Source: Trichoplax adhaerens (lineage: Eukaryota > Animalia > Placozoa). Taken from it: 63,885 nt of DNA. Position 1 is the first letter of the stretch. Every line of letters starts with the position of its first letter. Positions 1 to 14,101 of the stretch are shown in pieces. The translations under genes were made by a program, and so were the position numbers. The notes below the pieces were generated by a model, which saw nothing but the letters and a program-made list of their open reading frames with translations, was not told where the DNA came from and did no database searches. The DNA lies in the NCBI RefSeq assembly GCF_000150275.1, contig NW_002060948.1, positions 3,113,183 through 3,177,067 on the forward strand, given 5' to 3'.

Positions 1-193
1 ACTCGACCAATATTCAACCGAAGTTAAATGATAATCTAGTACTGTACAGTAGGTTACGTTGATCATGTCAATCGGAGTGGGGTTTACACAACACTACTGC
101 CAACACACATGGACATTGTACAGTATGTAGGTATAGAGTACAATATCAGATTGGCTAGTGCTTACCATTGCCATTGACCGCAATGTAGTAGTA

Positions 194-280
194 GAAACTA
201 TCTGTTCAAACTGCATCCAGGAGAAACTATCACTTCAAACTGCATCCAGGAGAAAAACTATCACTTCAAACTGCATACAG
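194..280. repeat. Tandem repeat, ~30-bp unit x3
   Basis: (GAAACTATCACTTCAAACTGCATCCAGGA)-like unit repeated three times with small indels. Confidence 0.85.
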
Positions 281-783
281 TATTTCTATGGTTACCAACT
301 TTGATGACTCACTATAGCATAATCTAATCTACAATCCCCAAATAAATAAAATATGTTGAGCATTGTACAATACTGTATATGTTATGTTCTTAGTATACTG
401 TACAGTATGGCCATGGAGTATATCTACTCTACTCTCATATCGTTACAGACTGGCACTTATTGAATTCAAATAAATAAATAAAAATAGGTCTACAAAAGAT
501 CGGCCCTCCCCAACAGTCCCAAGATCCTTTCGTCATCATTGTACGCGCAGAAACTTTGCGAACAATAACATGAGGTAAAAAGGGAAGGGAAAAATCTCCC
601 TCCAACTACTGTACAATACATACAGTACAGTATTTGCTAATAGTGTATTGCAGTGTAATCTTGGTCGGAAATCAGCTGTCTTTACAGCCAGCACATTTCC
701 GAAATCAGCCTGATCCATCTCTCAGGGTTGGGGCTACCGTTGACTTGTTTTTATCGAATAATCCTGCCCAAGGTGTTGTGAAA

Positions 784-2953
784 ATGGCGTTAAGAAATCA
801 ATTTGACGATCCGTTCAATGATCCTTTCTTTCAGTTAGTTTTTATCACTATTTGAAGCCATAATGATGATGAAAAGAGTCGATCTAGAAGATACCATTCT
901 TTTTCTATTATACCATTTTAGAGATAATATGTCGGCAAGAGTTAACCACTTTAACCCTTTCGCCCAAGATCCGTTTTTCAATCATTCGAGAAGTGCGATC
1001 GCCATGAGCAATCCCATGATGATGATGGTAAGACTACTAAAGAAGTCATTCTTTGAATGTCGATTGTTGAGTATCGGGGATATTGGACTCTTGAGTCTGG
1101 TAGGAAGAGCAGAGTCCCCGAAACAGGTTACTGATTTTGTTATTGCAAGAATTTTTTTTTCCATTTTCACTATCTCACTTGGGAGAATGTATACGGTAGG
1201 CAAGGGTTAAGTAATTTCTTGATGCGCCATATACGAATCAATTCCTAGATCGATATCAATATTATTATCAACGTGTTATGTAAGCAATGGATGCAACAGA
1301 CTAACGTTAATGCAGGGGTCTACACTATCAATACTTCATCGTGTTTACGTTAGCTATCTCAAAAATTGCTCATGGGGTAGATTTGAATTGAACGTAACCA
1401 TTTAATTTAATTTATGCTAGCTTCGGACCTACAATACATAATATTAGTGCGGTGCTGTCGATTTTATCATACTGTACAAGTCATAAAGTGTTTCTTGACA
1501 GTCAACACATTGCAAGCCTACTAATCTACTCTACACAGTACAACTCAATGTAAAAACCCTTTTCCATTAATACTAAATAAGGCAACCCAAAACGAATACA
1601 TGGACTTGCAATAGATTGACTAATTCTTTTCGCCAAAAGATTACGAGATAAATCATAACCAAATCCATAGAGATATATACGTATTTTTACATAGGCACTC
1701 TTTAAAAAATTCACGCTGTCGTATTGTACTTTCAGCCGAATAACCCTTTCATGGCAATGGAGAATATGATGAATAATATGATGGCTCCTTTTCATAATTC
1801 ACTACTAGGAATGCATTCGCCAATGAATGACTTCGTAAGTTGATAAGTGTAATTGTTAAATTGTCAGGCTTGGAATAGTTCATCCTTTAATTAAGCCTTA
1901 TAACATTATCACCATTGAATGTAATACTATAGCTGGGTAGAGTTTCAACTTCAAGCTTTTATCCATTTTATCAATTATAGCGAAATTTAGAAAGAAATGC
2001 AAACTGCCACACTTTTTCGTCTTCATCAATCATGACTTACTCAAGCAATGGCGGCGATGGTCAACCGCAGATTTATCAAGCCTCTAGTAGTACCCATTCT
2101 TTACCTAATGGTGTAAGCATACAATTTAATTTAGTAGATGCTGAGCTTACTAGCAATAGTATCATGTACAGTATAGCTGGTGTTCCGCAAGTATACGATC
2201 ACAGTTGATGTCAATAAAGTAGCTGTAACTTTCATAAACTTATCATCCCTGTTATAGATAAAGAAAATTAGAAGAACAGTAAAAGATTCAGCCAGCGGAT
2301 TACATAAAATGGCAATTGGACATCACATTGGTAATGGAAAATAAGAGATAAAGTCTAGTCTTATCTATACTATACTGTACTACTACCCTTTTAAGCTTTT
2401 GATTATGGCACTCAAAATTACTATTATATGCGCACTTCAATACGAATATGTTTTAACCGTAGGCGATAGAAGCCATACCATCGAAGATGCGAGGAATATG
2501 AAAACTGGCTCTCATGAACATGTACAGAATTTGGTCAATCTTACTGAAGGTAATCAATGTTATAAATTGAAATTATCAAGTAGCTTCATGACTCTCTCAT
2601 TCCTAATGACTATGATTATAGCTTCAAGTAATACTGTAAAACATTTGTTATTGCATAATCTAGAGGATGCCGAAACATTTGATAGAGAATGGCAACAGGC
2701 TACAAAAGCTGAAGCGCACGCACCCGCAATTCGTAATCATAGGCATCAACGGAAAGGTATTCATCGAGGTTTGCCAGGCACTGAGAAAGTAAGACCTAAT
2801 CGCTTGCATAAGAAAGCGCCCTTAAATGCTTCCAAAGAGTACGTACCACCAACTCCACCGCGTGGTGGTGGTAGAGAACAGGATAATTTTCATAGCCACA
2901 GCTCAAGGCATGTTCGCTTTGACAATAATAACACCCATAGCAGACGTTACTAA
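784..2953 (+). CDS. MLF: Myeloid leukemia factor family protein (multi-exon)
   Basis: Spliced exons read MALRNQFDDPFNDPFF...HTFSSSSIMTYSSNGGDGQPQIYQASSSTHSLPNG / IKKIRRTVKDSASGLHKMAIGHHI / GDRSHTIEDARNMKTGSHEHVQNLVNLTE / DAETFDREWQ, the hallmark MLF domain (KMAIGHHI motif); GT-AG introns; stop TAA at 2951-2953. Confidence 0.92.
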
Positions 2954-4627
2954 TTACTGCTTTTGCAAATAACACTGCAAAAAATGTATTGTTACTTATA
3001 GCATTTATCTGGTTAGCGAGTCTTATCGTATGCTAGTTCTGCTTAAAATCTGGATATTGTACAGTTTCTGTAACTGTTTAGATTCGATATGGTAAAAATA
3101 TTTCGTACTATATTAAAGGATTTATTGCTCAGATTAACGTACATTATTACAGTTTATTACTTATTGCATCAGAAATGTTTCATGAAATCAAATGTCGATA
3201 AAGATCTAAAAATTTTACATGTATACATATACTCTTATTGTATCTAATGTATAGTTTTACATGGTGGTTTCTTTCCAATATATTATACAATATATAATAT
3301 ATACGTAAGTTTTTATAGTTTCCACATTACGATAGTGAAAATTAAAACCGTTCTAAATAATTGTAACAATCTACGAAATAGGTTAGCACTCCAATTTTTG
3401 TTCGAAGTTTTTGTGTTTAAGGAAGGTTTAACTTTAATTTCTCCTTTATTGTATTAAATAAATATATATACTGTACGTTTGTAGTCGTATACATACATGT
3501 ATAATAATTTAACCTTATCAAAATTAGTAATAAATATTTATAAAACTGTGGTACGCAAATACAAAAACTAATTTGGTTAATTGCCACATTGGGATCGAAA
3601 GGTATAAACTGTTACACAATCCTTTAGTATAAAGGATAGTTATTAAGGCATGATAATTGAAAAAGTCAACAAGTATCGTTTCTAGCAATAATTATGTATT
3701 ATCAACTTCGTGATCAATTTAGGAGTAGAGATAGCTACACTACAAGAAGTAACTTTATAAACGTAATGCCTTCGAAATTAAACAATACTATATCGAATGT
3801 AAAATTGAATTTATTGCTGCAAAACTGGTTCTACCACAGTTAAAATTCCGCAAATAGACGTTATTTACTTTCAATGTTCGCAAAGCGTCAATTTATTACA
3901 AATAGCAAAGCAATATCTTGAATATTCATATTCAAACTATAACGTTGATAGGATTTCACTCACTATCAGATAATTAATACTATTATCAGTACTTATATTT
4001 GCTTAATAAGCAATGATTAAATTTAATAATTTTTACAGTATCAAGAAATTATACAGGTCTTGAAATTATAATATTGTAGAGCACGATTAATAATATCTTT
4101 TTGTCAGAAATTGAAATGAAAATCACAACAATATACAAATAGGAATGTAGAAATTTCAGAATTTACAACTTAGCATCTAATGAGCCTTCATCTATTGTAT
4201 CACTGCTCAATAATTATACATGTATAGTTGTATTTGATCATTAATATTTTCATTTATTACTGTGAAAAAAAAATAGAAAATTTACCACTTAAGTTTGATC
4301 ATGGAATGCTACGAAGACTTACTAGTAGCCCATGATTTGATACAACTACAGAGTGGGCATACTTCTTTCAATAGATATATACAGTGCTTTAGACTAAAGC
4401 ATCAAGAAGGAATTGTCGTGATTATCATGACAATAAAATCACAATTGTTAAAACTCTCCAAACTAACGAGGTATGAAAACCGTATATTTTAGATATCAAA
4501 TAAAATCGATTACACTTTTTAACTACTAGTTCATAGAAATAGAAATATACACCAAGAGAGGGTAGTGTTAAAATTTAAATGAGATCGAAAGAATCCAAAA
4601 ATGAGAAGGAAAATATTCATACCATTT

Positions 4628-6721
4628 CTAACTTTTCATCAACGGTTGTAATGATAAAGCTTTACGTGATGGTGTCTTCAAATCTTCGATATTCAATGTC
4701 TTAGTGGTGCCTATCGACGTATTTCGTTCATTACTAACACTGACTAATGGTAATAACGTAGTCGTTGAGCGATCAGTTGAGGTTGACGAAACACCATCAT
4801 TTTCATTATCCCAGCTTGAAAATGATCCATTAATCGAGCCTCCAGCTTCGCGTTTTAAAAGTGTAGCAGTGCTAGAGCAATCATCATCAACTGTCGACGT
4901 ATTGGATGATCTCCTATCGTCGTTGAAGACAAAAGTAGCAGCTCGCGGTCTTAACTCGTTGTAGACATCATTTAAGTTAGGTTGATTTGGTGTTAGAGAA
5001 GGTAAATTATCGCCACCGAGTCCTTTCTTACTGTTAGCCATACGCTGAGCGCGTTGCCTTTTAGCATTAATCGTGGCTGCATCACCGAAACTAAATGAAA
5101 CTGACCGAAAGATCTTCTCTGATCTTTCAGTCAATTTTAACTCTTCATTTTCTGGTAAATCTTGTAATTTACCACCAGAAAGGCTAGGTTTTATTACATT
5201 CGATTCAATTCTTGGAGTGCGTTGTGGTCTTGTACCAGTAACCGATACATTAGGTATCCTTGTAGGTTTGCTCATCATATCAGCATTATTAACTGTAAAA
5301 TTATCACTGCATGAAATATCTGCTGGAATAGATAAACGCCGACCTTCTGCGTTTTGACTAAATTGCCTGGATGCTAGTGTTTGACTTGGAGAAACTTTAT
5401 TATCACTCATCTTGAGAAGTCGTTTAATCTCTTTCACGATATTCTTGCTGCTATATGCATAAATAATTGGATTGACAAGAAATGTTAAAGACATCAGAAA
5501 GTAAGTGATAAACTTAACATCGTTGCTGACATATACACGATTTGGACCTGTACATGTCATATCTAAAATCAAGACTACAAAATAGCCTGTTAAACACAAG
5601 GCAAACGCTGACGAAACATAGACCAACGATTTAGCAGCTTTATGTCTGGATATTTTCAATCGAATCATACTAACATTACTGACGATACTTTGTTTTCGTC
5701 GAGAGATTGATCGCCGAATAGAATTTATACTAGGACGCCGAATGGAATTTATACTAGGATGCCGAATTGATCGAATATCGGCATCTGTAGTGAAAGAATC
5801 ATCAGTATTCGAATCTTTACGCCCACCACATTTTTGGCTATCGAACACGCTACTGTCTGAATAAGTTCTCGGTCGGCCATTACTGTTATTATCCTGATTC
5901 TGATTATTTTGATTAATACGATTGCTCACGTTGTCATCAAAAAGACTTGTTCTTTTATCACCTTGGTGATTTATTAGCGTTGTTTGGCTGTTATTTGGTT
6001 CCATATTAGGTCGACGATGACGATTAGCGATAACCAAAATGTAACCATGGACAGCGATAATAAATATAAAAGGTATAACGTAGTATATACAAGTACAAGT
6101 TATCGAGTAAGCAAAGATCGCACGAATATTGAAATTAGTAGCAATACTGGCATTAAAACTATTATTATCACTATTGGTTATATTGATACAGTTATAATCT
6201 TCTGGTGTACCTTGACAATAAACCGGATAGTAAAATGTGCATGTTTCGAAGGTCGGTGAAACAATAAAAATTCTAATTAATAACGACGGTAAAGATAAAA
6301 TTGCACAAATCAGTGCAGTAAGGACAATTGCTATATTACTTTTACGCGTTGTAAATCGGAAAGTATGACGATAAGGCAAAGCTATGGCTATATATCGATC
6401 AATAGAGATAATGGCTACAATAGCTATACAAAGTAATGCAAAAAATTGGTGGCTATAACCGTAAATACTACAAAATATCCAACCGAACGGCCATCTATTG
6501 GCGGCAATTACGGCGATAGATAGCGGTAGAGAAAGCACTGTACAAACTAAATTAATTACTACTTGAGTTCGGATAAATCTGTAGCGATTTTCATCCTCTA
6601 TGATTTGCGGTTTTTTAACGAATGCTAACAAAACAGGTAAATTTAACATTAATGAGACTAGCAAAACAACTGCTAGTAAAGTTACTTTAACCGATGAATG
6701 TATCCATGGTGGATCGGACAT
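4628..6721 (-). CDS. Rhodopsin-like (class A) GPCR, intronless, 697 aa, long ICL3 and long C-tail
   Basis: Seven hydrophobic segments; WPFGWIFC (ECL1/TM3 Cys), SIDRY, NPIIY motifs; single uninterrupted ORF. Confidence 0.93.
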   Translation of the reverse strand: MSDPPWIHSSVKVTLLAVVLLVSLMLNLPVLLAFVKKPQIIEDENRYRFIRTQVVINLVCTVLSLPLSIAVIAANRWPFGWIFCSIYGYSHQFFALLCIAIVAIISIDRYIAIALPYRHTFRFTTRKSNIAIVLTALICAILSLPSLLIRIFIVSPTFETCTFYYPVYCQGTPEDYNCINITNSDNNSFNASIATNFNIRAIFAYSITCTCIYYVIPFIFIIAVHGYILVIANRHRRPNMEPNNSQTTLINHQGDKRTSLFDDNVSNRINQNNQNQDNNSNGRPRTYSDSSVFDSQKCGGRKDSNTDDSFTTDADIRSIRHPSINSIRRPSINSIRRSISRRKQSIVSNVSMIRLKISRHKAAKSLVYVSSAFALCLTGYFVVLILDMTCTGPNRVYVSNDVKFITYFLMSLTFLVNPIIYAYSSKNIVKEIKRLLKMSDNKVSPSQTLASRQFSQNAEGRRLSIPADISCSDNFTVNNADMMSKPTRIPNVSVTGTRPQRTPRIESNVIKPSLSGGKLQDLPENEELKLTERSEKIFRSVSFSFGDAATINAKRQRAQRMANSKKGLGGDNLPSLTPNQPNLNDVYNELRPRAATFVFNDDRRSSNTSTVDDDCSSTATLLKREAGGSINGSFSSWDNENDGVSSTSTDRSTTTLLPLVSVSNERNTSIGTTKTLNIEDLKTPSRKALSLQPLMKS

Positions 6722-9631
6722 CGTACTCGATTTCCGATATCGGCGTAGTCTTCTTATTATCCAATAATTTTGATAAAACTAATTGAATTACATTAAGATC
6801 GGTAAGATAGGAGAAAAATTTAAATGGAATAAAAATGCCCGACGTTAACGATCTGAACTAGCCAACCAGACGTGCTCGAATTTTCCAGACGCTGTACTGT
6901 CTGATTTTTACAACTATCGAAAATATAATCAGCTTGTTTTATGATTTAGCACTATAATCTTGTTTACCATAAATAACATTCCATAGGATGGGCCGATCGG
7001 CACGCAGCTAAATAATGATCACCTGTTAAATATTCATATCCAACTATTGTTCAATCATCTCGAAGACTGACAAATAGTTGACTTAGGTGGTAAATTTTAA
7101 TAGAGCTGCGAAATGCGTAGGGATAGGTCACTCCAGAATCACAAGTACCGATATCACACGTTTACGAACCAATTTTTAAAAAGAAGTCAAAAATAACATT
7201 AAATTTAATTACAGTTGTGACTCACTAATAATGTCGCTACATTGATATTGTACATAAGTTGGCAGCATGGGTACCATTGATTATCACTGAGTAGCGTACC
7301 ATAGCGACAATACAATAAAAAAAGCATAAAACGCTCGCCTCTCTTCTTTCATTAGAAAGGAGCCTTAGCTGCAGTAGCTTAAGGTCATGAGAAAGCGATC
7401 ATTCTATTTTCAGTTGTAAACAAATGGCTACTAAAGGGCATGGGAATAGCACGTTTAATTAATAATAGACCAATCTAAAGCGCCGAATTCAATATCAACT
7501 GCATAGTAGATATTGTTAGCAACTGCAGTTTGACACTTGATTGAATTTCTTCAATTCTTTTCAAACGGTAAATTTGCTATTCAATTACACAATCATTATA
7601 GTATAATATAATAATAATGAAGCTTTAATTATCATAATATTGTTTTCCATCGCAAATCACTATTCTATGCACAACAATTGCAAATAATAAAGACTGTTAT
7701 AAAGAATAACAAATGAGATCGATCAAAGTACAAAGTAGCATTGGCATTGATTATATTCGCTTTTTTTGTATTGATAGCAACCATGGGCCGGTTACATATT
7801 GTCGTCTATCGCTTACAATGTGAAAACTGTTGAGTGCGATTACCTGATATTGAACTCGAATGAAAAGATAGAATTAAAGTTATGGAAATAAAACTAGCAA
7901 ATCTCTTATCAACTGAATAGTATTTGCAATCGACTAATGATTTCACTAATTGTAACAAATTAACCTTTTCAAACAACGAGAACACTAAAGTTATAAGTTC
8001 GCCGACCAAATTAGTGCCCCTGTACAACTCTGCTTAGAACCTCACTGTGGGTGTTCTTCTGACCTAAATAATTACATAACCTAAAGAAGCTCATGACGTA
8101 TGATAGGAATTGATAGCTATTCACAGGATTACTTACCAATTCAATGTTAGTCCATACAGTTATTATTATTTTTCCTTTTGATATTTCAAAATTATCATTA
8201 ATTTATACTATTATTAAAATGATTAAATTTTTAGGTATTTTTTTATCATTTAGCTCTGTAAATATATCCAATAATTGATCAATCATGCATTTATTATAAG
8301 TTTTGTTAACAATTTTATTATCCTATGTTAATAATTAAGTTCGTTATACTTGTCAATATGATATTTCATTGTGGCCGTGTTGATTGCATATAAAATAACG
8401 TGTAACGATGTATATTGGACTCTAACCATCACTTAACCTAAATTGATCCCGAAGTAATTATACTTATGGCGATTTGCAATTTAAATTACTACAGCAAGTT
8501 AATATATACAATTTATGAGCATCCATTGTATTTTTGAAATTATATAATAAGGTAATGCTGTAGATCGATCGAAAAGAGCTAACACCCAATTGATACGTTC
8601 GTGTATTAAGTGCTATCGTAATTATAGTGTTAAGAAACTATTACATGATTGTTACAATTTAAACTCTACTACAAGGAAACGTACAGTAAAAGTCTATAAG
8701 TAACTACTGACTTAAACCCCCTTTTGCTAAACCTTAAACACTCACAGCGAAGTACCATAAAGATAGAACTTTTATTAGCATAGACACATCTACAACTTTT
8801 CACCACACAACTTAAATCAAACATTCCTGTTTATATAGGAACCGTCTAATTTTTATTACACGCTAATAGTGTCATGACAATGCATTAATGTTAGCTATGT
8901 CTAGCATAGCCTAAAGAACAGGCCCGTGCGTCAACATTTTTCTTGCCTTGTAGTCATCACCAGATGATAATAAAAGGGTATCTCGAAGTACAAAAAAATC
9001 ACTTAGTTACAGGATTATTTAAGATCAATATATGCAACTCAATTATAATGTAGTGTTCTAATTATTTATGTATAGCTTTCATTGGGATAATATAAACGAT
9101 ACTTTCGATATGATACGTGATTTACGGGCAAACAGGGTGTTAGCAAAGAAAAACTATTTAGACCAGCAGAGTACTAATGTTGTAGGAATACCTTTTAATA
9201 TGTGATACATGATGTTAGACCGAGAGAAGTTAACAAACGTAAAATTACTTTGGGCCAGCAACAACATAAAATTGCAGGCATACGCACTATACATAACACT
9301 GAATAATTAATATTATGATTACGTGTTCATTTTATCTGTAAATGACAAATTGCAAACAGACGTCAATAAACAAGCATTACTTGAAGCCTAATACTGACGT
9401 AACGGTAAGTAGACAATTAAAAAATAGATCTTTTTGATAACAATAACACATGCGTTAATTTTTTACAACCAAAATGTTTATTATTTAAGTATTTAAATTA
9501 AGTAACATGAATCATGGATCTGTAACAATAAAGATGCCTACAATTTTTCACACTGTCACTACTACAGGTACTGGTAGCTAAAGAAGCTACAATAGCAGCC
9601 ACTATTCTAGAATGTCTTAGAGGTTTTTTGT

Positions 9632-12600
9632 TTATAAAAAGTCAGTGATGTTACACTCCAACGCAGAACACGGCATGTTCAGGTCAAATTTTGATATAAC
9701 GTCCGGATGTAATACTCCGAGTGAACCAATACGATTACCATGCACAATGATATCTGCACCGCGTCCAGGAAAGTAGAGTGGATCTATTCATATAAAAACA
9801 ATTCATTCAGTAATTCCAAATTAATTTAGCTTCTAGCTACAAATAACTATACTCTTTCAAATATTTGTTTACTATAATTTTTGAATGTTACTCCAAATAT
9901 ATCATTTAATTAAAGTAACTTTTCATAAAAATGTTTATTATATAAGAGTTATATACCGTCAGCACCCTTGATGTAATATCCTTTATCACTTTTTCCAAAG
10001 GGAATGCCTAACAATTGCATAGATCTATCTGCTAGGCCATGTATAATCTATAAGATTTTTCCAATATAGTCGAATTTACATAAAATATAAGTAGAAGAAA
10101 TAAGTAAAGCATAGTTTTCTTTTATGAGTATATTCAACCTCAAATCCTGGAGATTTGTTATAATATAGAGCACAAAGACGACGTTCATTTCTTGCACCCG
10201 TATCTTCCACGAACATCAAAATAGAATCACTGTCATTTATTTTCTTAAACATACAGCAGCAGTAACCATAATACTTATAATTACCAGTTTTATCGTCTTT
10301 TATTACAACATCAGCAATTTCAAACAAACGAAGCGGAAGAGACATGCTACGATTACTAGCTACCGTTTTTAATAATCCAGGTAACAGTGTAGTCCTAACA
10401 ACCTATTAAGGATAAGCCAGAGTGCGCTTTCAATAACAGTAGTCATAATGCAGAAAGTATGATTAAAATAAACATACCTGAAATTCTTGGGTTTTCGGAT
10501 TGGATATGTGAGTAGCTTTACTTGATGCTAAGTTCTTATTTAATTTTTCCGATACATCATCTCGTGAACACTACAGTGTTTCAATACAATATAATTACCG
10601 GCTAATAATGCCGTTTAACAGCTAACCCAATAGTACGTCCTTCATTACTATAACTAATATGATAATTTTAATCAAGTAAATTCTATTGTATAGAGCTTTA
10701 AATTACCAGTGTAAATGTTAAAGCTTCGGTAAAGCCAGCTTGAGCAATTTCTTGGCGTAGTAGATTGGAAAGTTTATTAATTGGAAACTAACAATCATAA
10801 AAAATATTTTAGAGAAGCAAATGGTGCTAAGAAATCGAAATATATTTAATAGATATGAAAAGTACCTCTTGAGCAATAGTACTGGATTTTGGCATGCTGC
10901 GAGGAATGTTGTTGTAACCATAAGCAATTGCGATATCTTCAATGATATCACATGGATGCAGTATATTTATGAATAGCTAAGGGCAACTCAAGTCCTATTA
11001 ATGAAATGCATTTGCAGGATTCTCAACGTAACTTCAATTTTACGAGTTTAAGTTATAAATTCTATAATAACGGATATCATGACGTGTAGGAGGCACTTCA
11101 ACTTTAACTTCTTTTTCGTTTATCACTGTAGTTGACAATGACATTCTTGTTAACAGTTTAGCAATCTTTTCCGTATCCAGACTACAAAATTTAATCATTT
11201 TCAAGTTTAATATTGCGACCTAGTAGTGTAAGCAAAACTAAAATATACTGGTATCATCAGCGATTTACCTTATTCCTGCAAGGGAATAAACGTCTTTCAG
11301 ACTTATAATTTCATGTCTTGTCGTTAATTCCTACCATTACAAGTAGCCAATACAAATAGGAATGTAATAATGATTTATTAAATTTCTTTAATCTGTGGAG
11401 CTCTCTATTGTAATACAAAACTTACCGGATACGTTACTACTTTCCCATCCGGTTGGATAACATCTACTACTTCAGCACTAATAATAGCAACATCAAATAT
11501 ATTGCGATTAGCTGCACTAATCATTAATATAAATATAAAATAAAACTGTGAATCGAACCTGTATTTTTGACCACAATGTTCGCTGATCATTGTTACTAGT
11601 GTATCCAGCACGATTTTAGCCTGTAGTTAGACGTAAATAGCACAATATTAAAGAGGTTAAACTCTGTTGTACGAATACTGAAGATACGGTTAAAGCTGTA
11701 ATGGAAAAATCCCAGAAAAAAATGACAGTCTACTTGCCTTGGTTAAGTCTGTTGCTGTTACATCGATAAAAATATTTCTAGTGTTTGTACTAAGTTTAGT
11801 ATGTTCACCTAGTAGGGTTCGGTATAAATTTAAGTGATAAATTCATACAATGAAAGTACTAAAGCAAACAGAATGATAAATTTAGGTACCATTAATGATA
11901 GGCGGCATGGACAGAACAACTCCGTTACTGTCATAAATAATAGGATAAACTGGTTTATCTTTTATAATATGTAGATAATGCTTCAAATGGCCATCACTTT
12001 TATATAACTCCATTAACTCTGCAGCTGTATATTCTTTGTCCTATGATTGATAATTAATGTAAAAAAAATATTTATTATAAAATTAAATGCAGTTATAATA
12101 TTTAGCATACAGAGTCAGATATTGTGTATGCGATAATTATGATACTAATACATACTAGTAGCATATTAAAGTGACGATTAGCCACTAAATTTAACATTAA
12201 TTAAACTAGCTCCGTTTTGAAGACCTTATTAAGTGGTTTAAACTTGATATCTTCTGGTGCTTTAGCATCGTAATAGAAAGGCCCTTGGACAGTATCGAGA
12301 TTGTGGAGACCAATGGCTACAAGAGCTCGCCGTCTAATATATTTGTCGTGTTAGAAATTGATCATAATTTAGCGTAATCAAATAGTCAAAGACTTTTAAC
12401 AAAATGATATTAAATTTTTGTCAATTGTGATTGCGGTTTACTATTTGGGCTAAAGAATAATTCGAAGTCTTTAATCTTTAATCGCAAACTATTATGATTT
12501 CAAGTATATAATATACCTGCAAATATTTTGATGTAATTTCTCTTGCAAATCTATCATACTGCTATATGTATCCTGAAAAGTGAATTAGAGTCAGCGATTG

Positions 12601-14101
12601 ATATACGAGCCGCGTAGTCGTTTTTAAGCGTATAAATGTAGACACTGTACCGATGTTAGGGTTACATTTCGTAAAATAGCAGCAACGCAGTGCGGACGTA
12701 CTTTGGCAGTCTGAAGATGAAGAATGGCAGTAAGTAGTTTGCAAGTTATGATGAATCTTGTTGTTTAATGATAAGATAAGGCTTACAGCAGGTTTGATGT
12801 ATAATTTTTCCCGATTCTCGGGGATAATTTTCGTGAATGTTGGCGAAGGAACTCTATATAGATGAAAATTGAATTTTGATCATTCTACGCTAGTAGATTA
12901 TTACTATTGCAATTTGTAAAGTATGAATTCAGTCTCCTCCTCACATTTCAAAGAAAATTTGCAAGCTGCGAACTAATCCTTCAATACAGAGTAGATCATA
13001 CCTAAAAATTTGTAGGATGTCAATCAGACCGTTATACTCGTATAATAAGTTTGCACACTTGCATTAATTATAAGACAAGAACATGATAGATTGTTACTAT
13101 ACAGTACAGAATGTAATGCAAAACTTCAACAACAAAGGATTTTAGTACGCCTATGCGATTTAGACATTGATGATACCAATGTTATCTTTTCGACTTGAAC
13201 GTACCGATTAGCTGGAATTTCGATTTTATAAATGACATCTTCCGAAGCATTAGCAGCCTTATCCTCACCCTGTTCACGTGCTATTATATCCTTTTCGGAA
13301 GTCTTTCATATCAGTAGCCGATGATGGTATCCAGTGATGGTTAATAATTAATGAAGTGAAGGTAGCATGAGATATAGCATAAAAAGAGCCAACGCTATTT
13401 ATTATTTCCTTTGATAACGCTACACTAGCTGATGACTATCATTGCATTGATGATAATCCATCGCATTTATCACTATCATTAATCTATCGTGTCTGCACAA
13501 CACCACTAAGTACCGTACAAGGCGAGCTATACCGTGTTCTACATGGACATGAGATTCATTGAGTTATTATTCACTAAAATAAGCATCCTAACAGCGCATT
13601 CTTACCACTTCATCCAATTCGATACCGTATTCAAAGCAAACCTCGGCAAACTTGTCATCAGCTAAGAAAAAGCAGACAATATGTACATCAGTTGAAACTT
13701 GAAAGTTGTCTATTCCACATCAGTTGACTATATCATAGTTGAAAATTGGGGAGGGCTTTGACACCCATTCAGAGAAAAGCCATCGACTGTCAATCTTACC
13801 ATAATACAGTCTTTTTAAAGTAGTATTTTATTATACTAAGTTTAATACTACCTATCGGCTATTGATCATGACCACTTACTAAACTAGTGATCAACTATTC
13901 TTTTTAGAGTTTTTTCATCCATTTTAAATCGCCTGTCTAAGGTACAGTAGCATATCTATTCATTGACAATGACATGTGCAACTGGGTCATAATAATAAAG
14001 TAATAAAAACTGTCCAATAGGCATTATCAAGTCCAATACTTACTGTACTCCTTTTGCAACGCCTTGAAGAGTAAATCCCGTTTAATGTTGATGATAGGCA
14101 T
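9632..14101 (-). CDS. FARSB: Phenylalanyl-tRNA synthetase beta subunit, cytoplasmic (multi-exon)
   Basis: Exons read [19 protein letters not shown] / [18 protein letters not shown] / YKIEIPANR / [13 protein letters not shown] / [12 protein letters not shown] / [20 protein letters not shown] / [11 protein letters not shown] / [13 protein letters not shown]-type B5 region / GFEIIHGL / [28 protein letters not shown]. Confidence 0.96.

Noticed and set aside
282-295. RFX X-box-like sequences near MLF (and at ~38957 and ~41081 near ODAD1)
   Set aside because: Multiple mismatches to consensus; indistinguishable from chance
5440-5520. GPCR as a bona fide opsin
   Set aside because: Ser, not Lys, at the retinal-binding position in TM7
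4704-6259. Plus-strand ORFs overlapping the GPCR; likewise 42838-43047 and 49031-49303
   Set aside because: Antisense shadows of real coding exons
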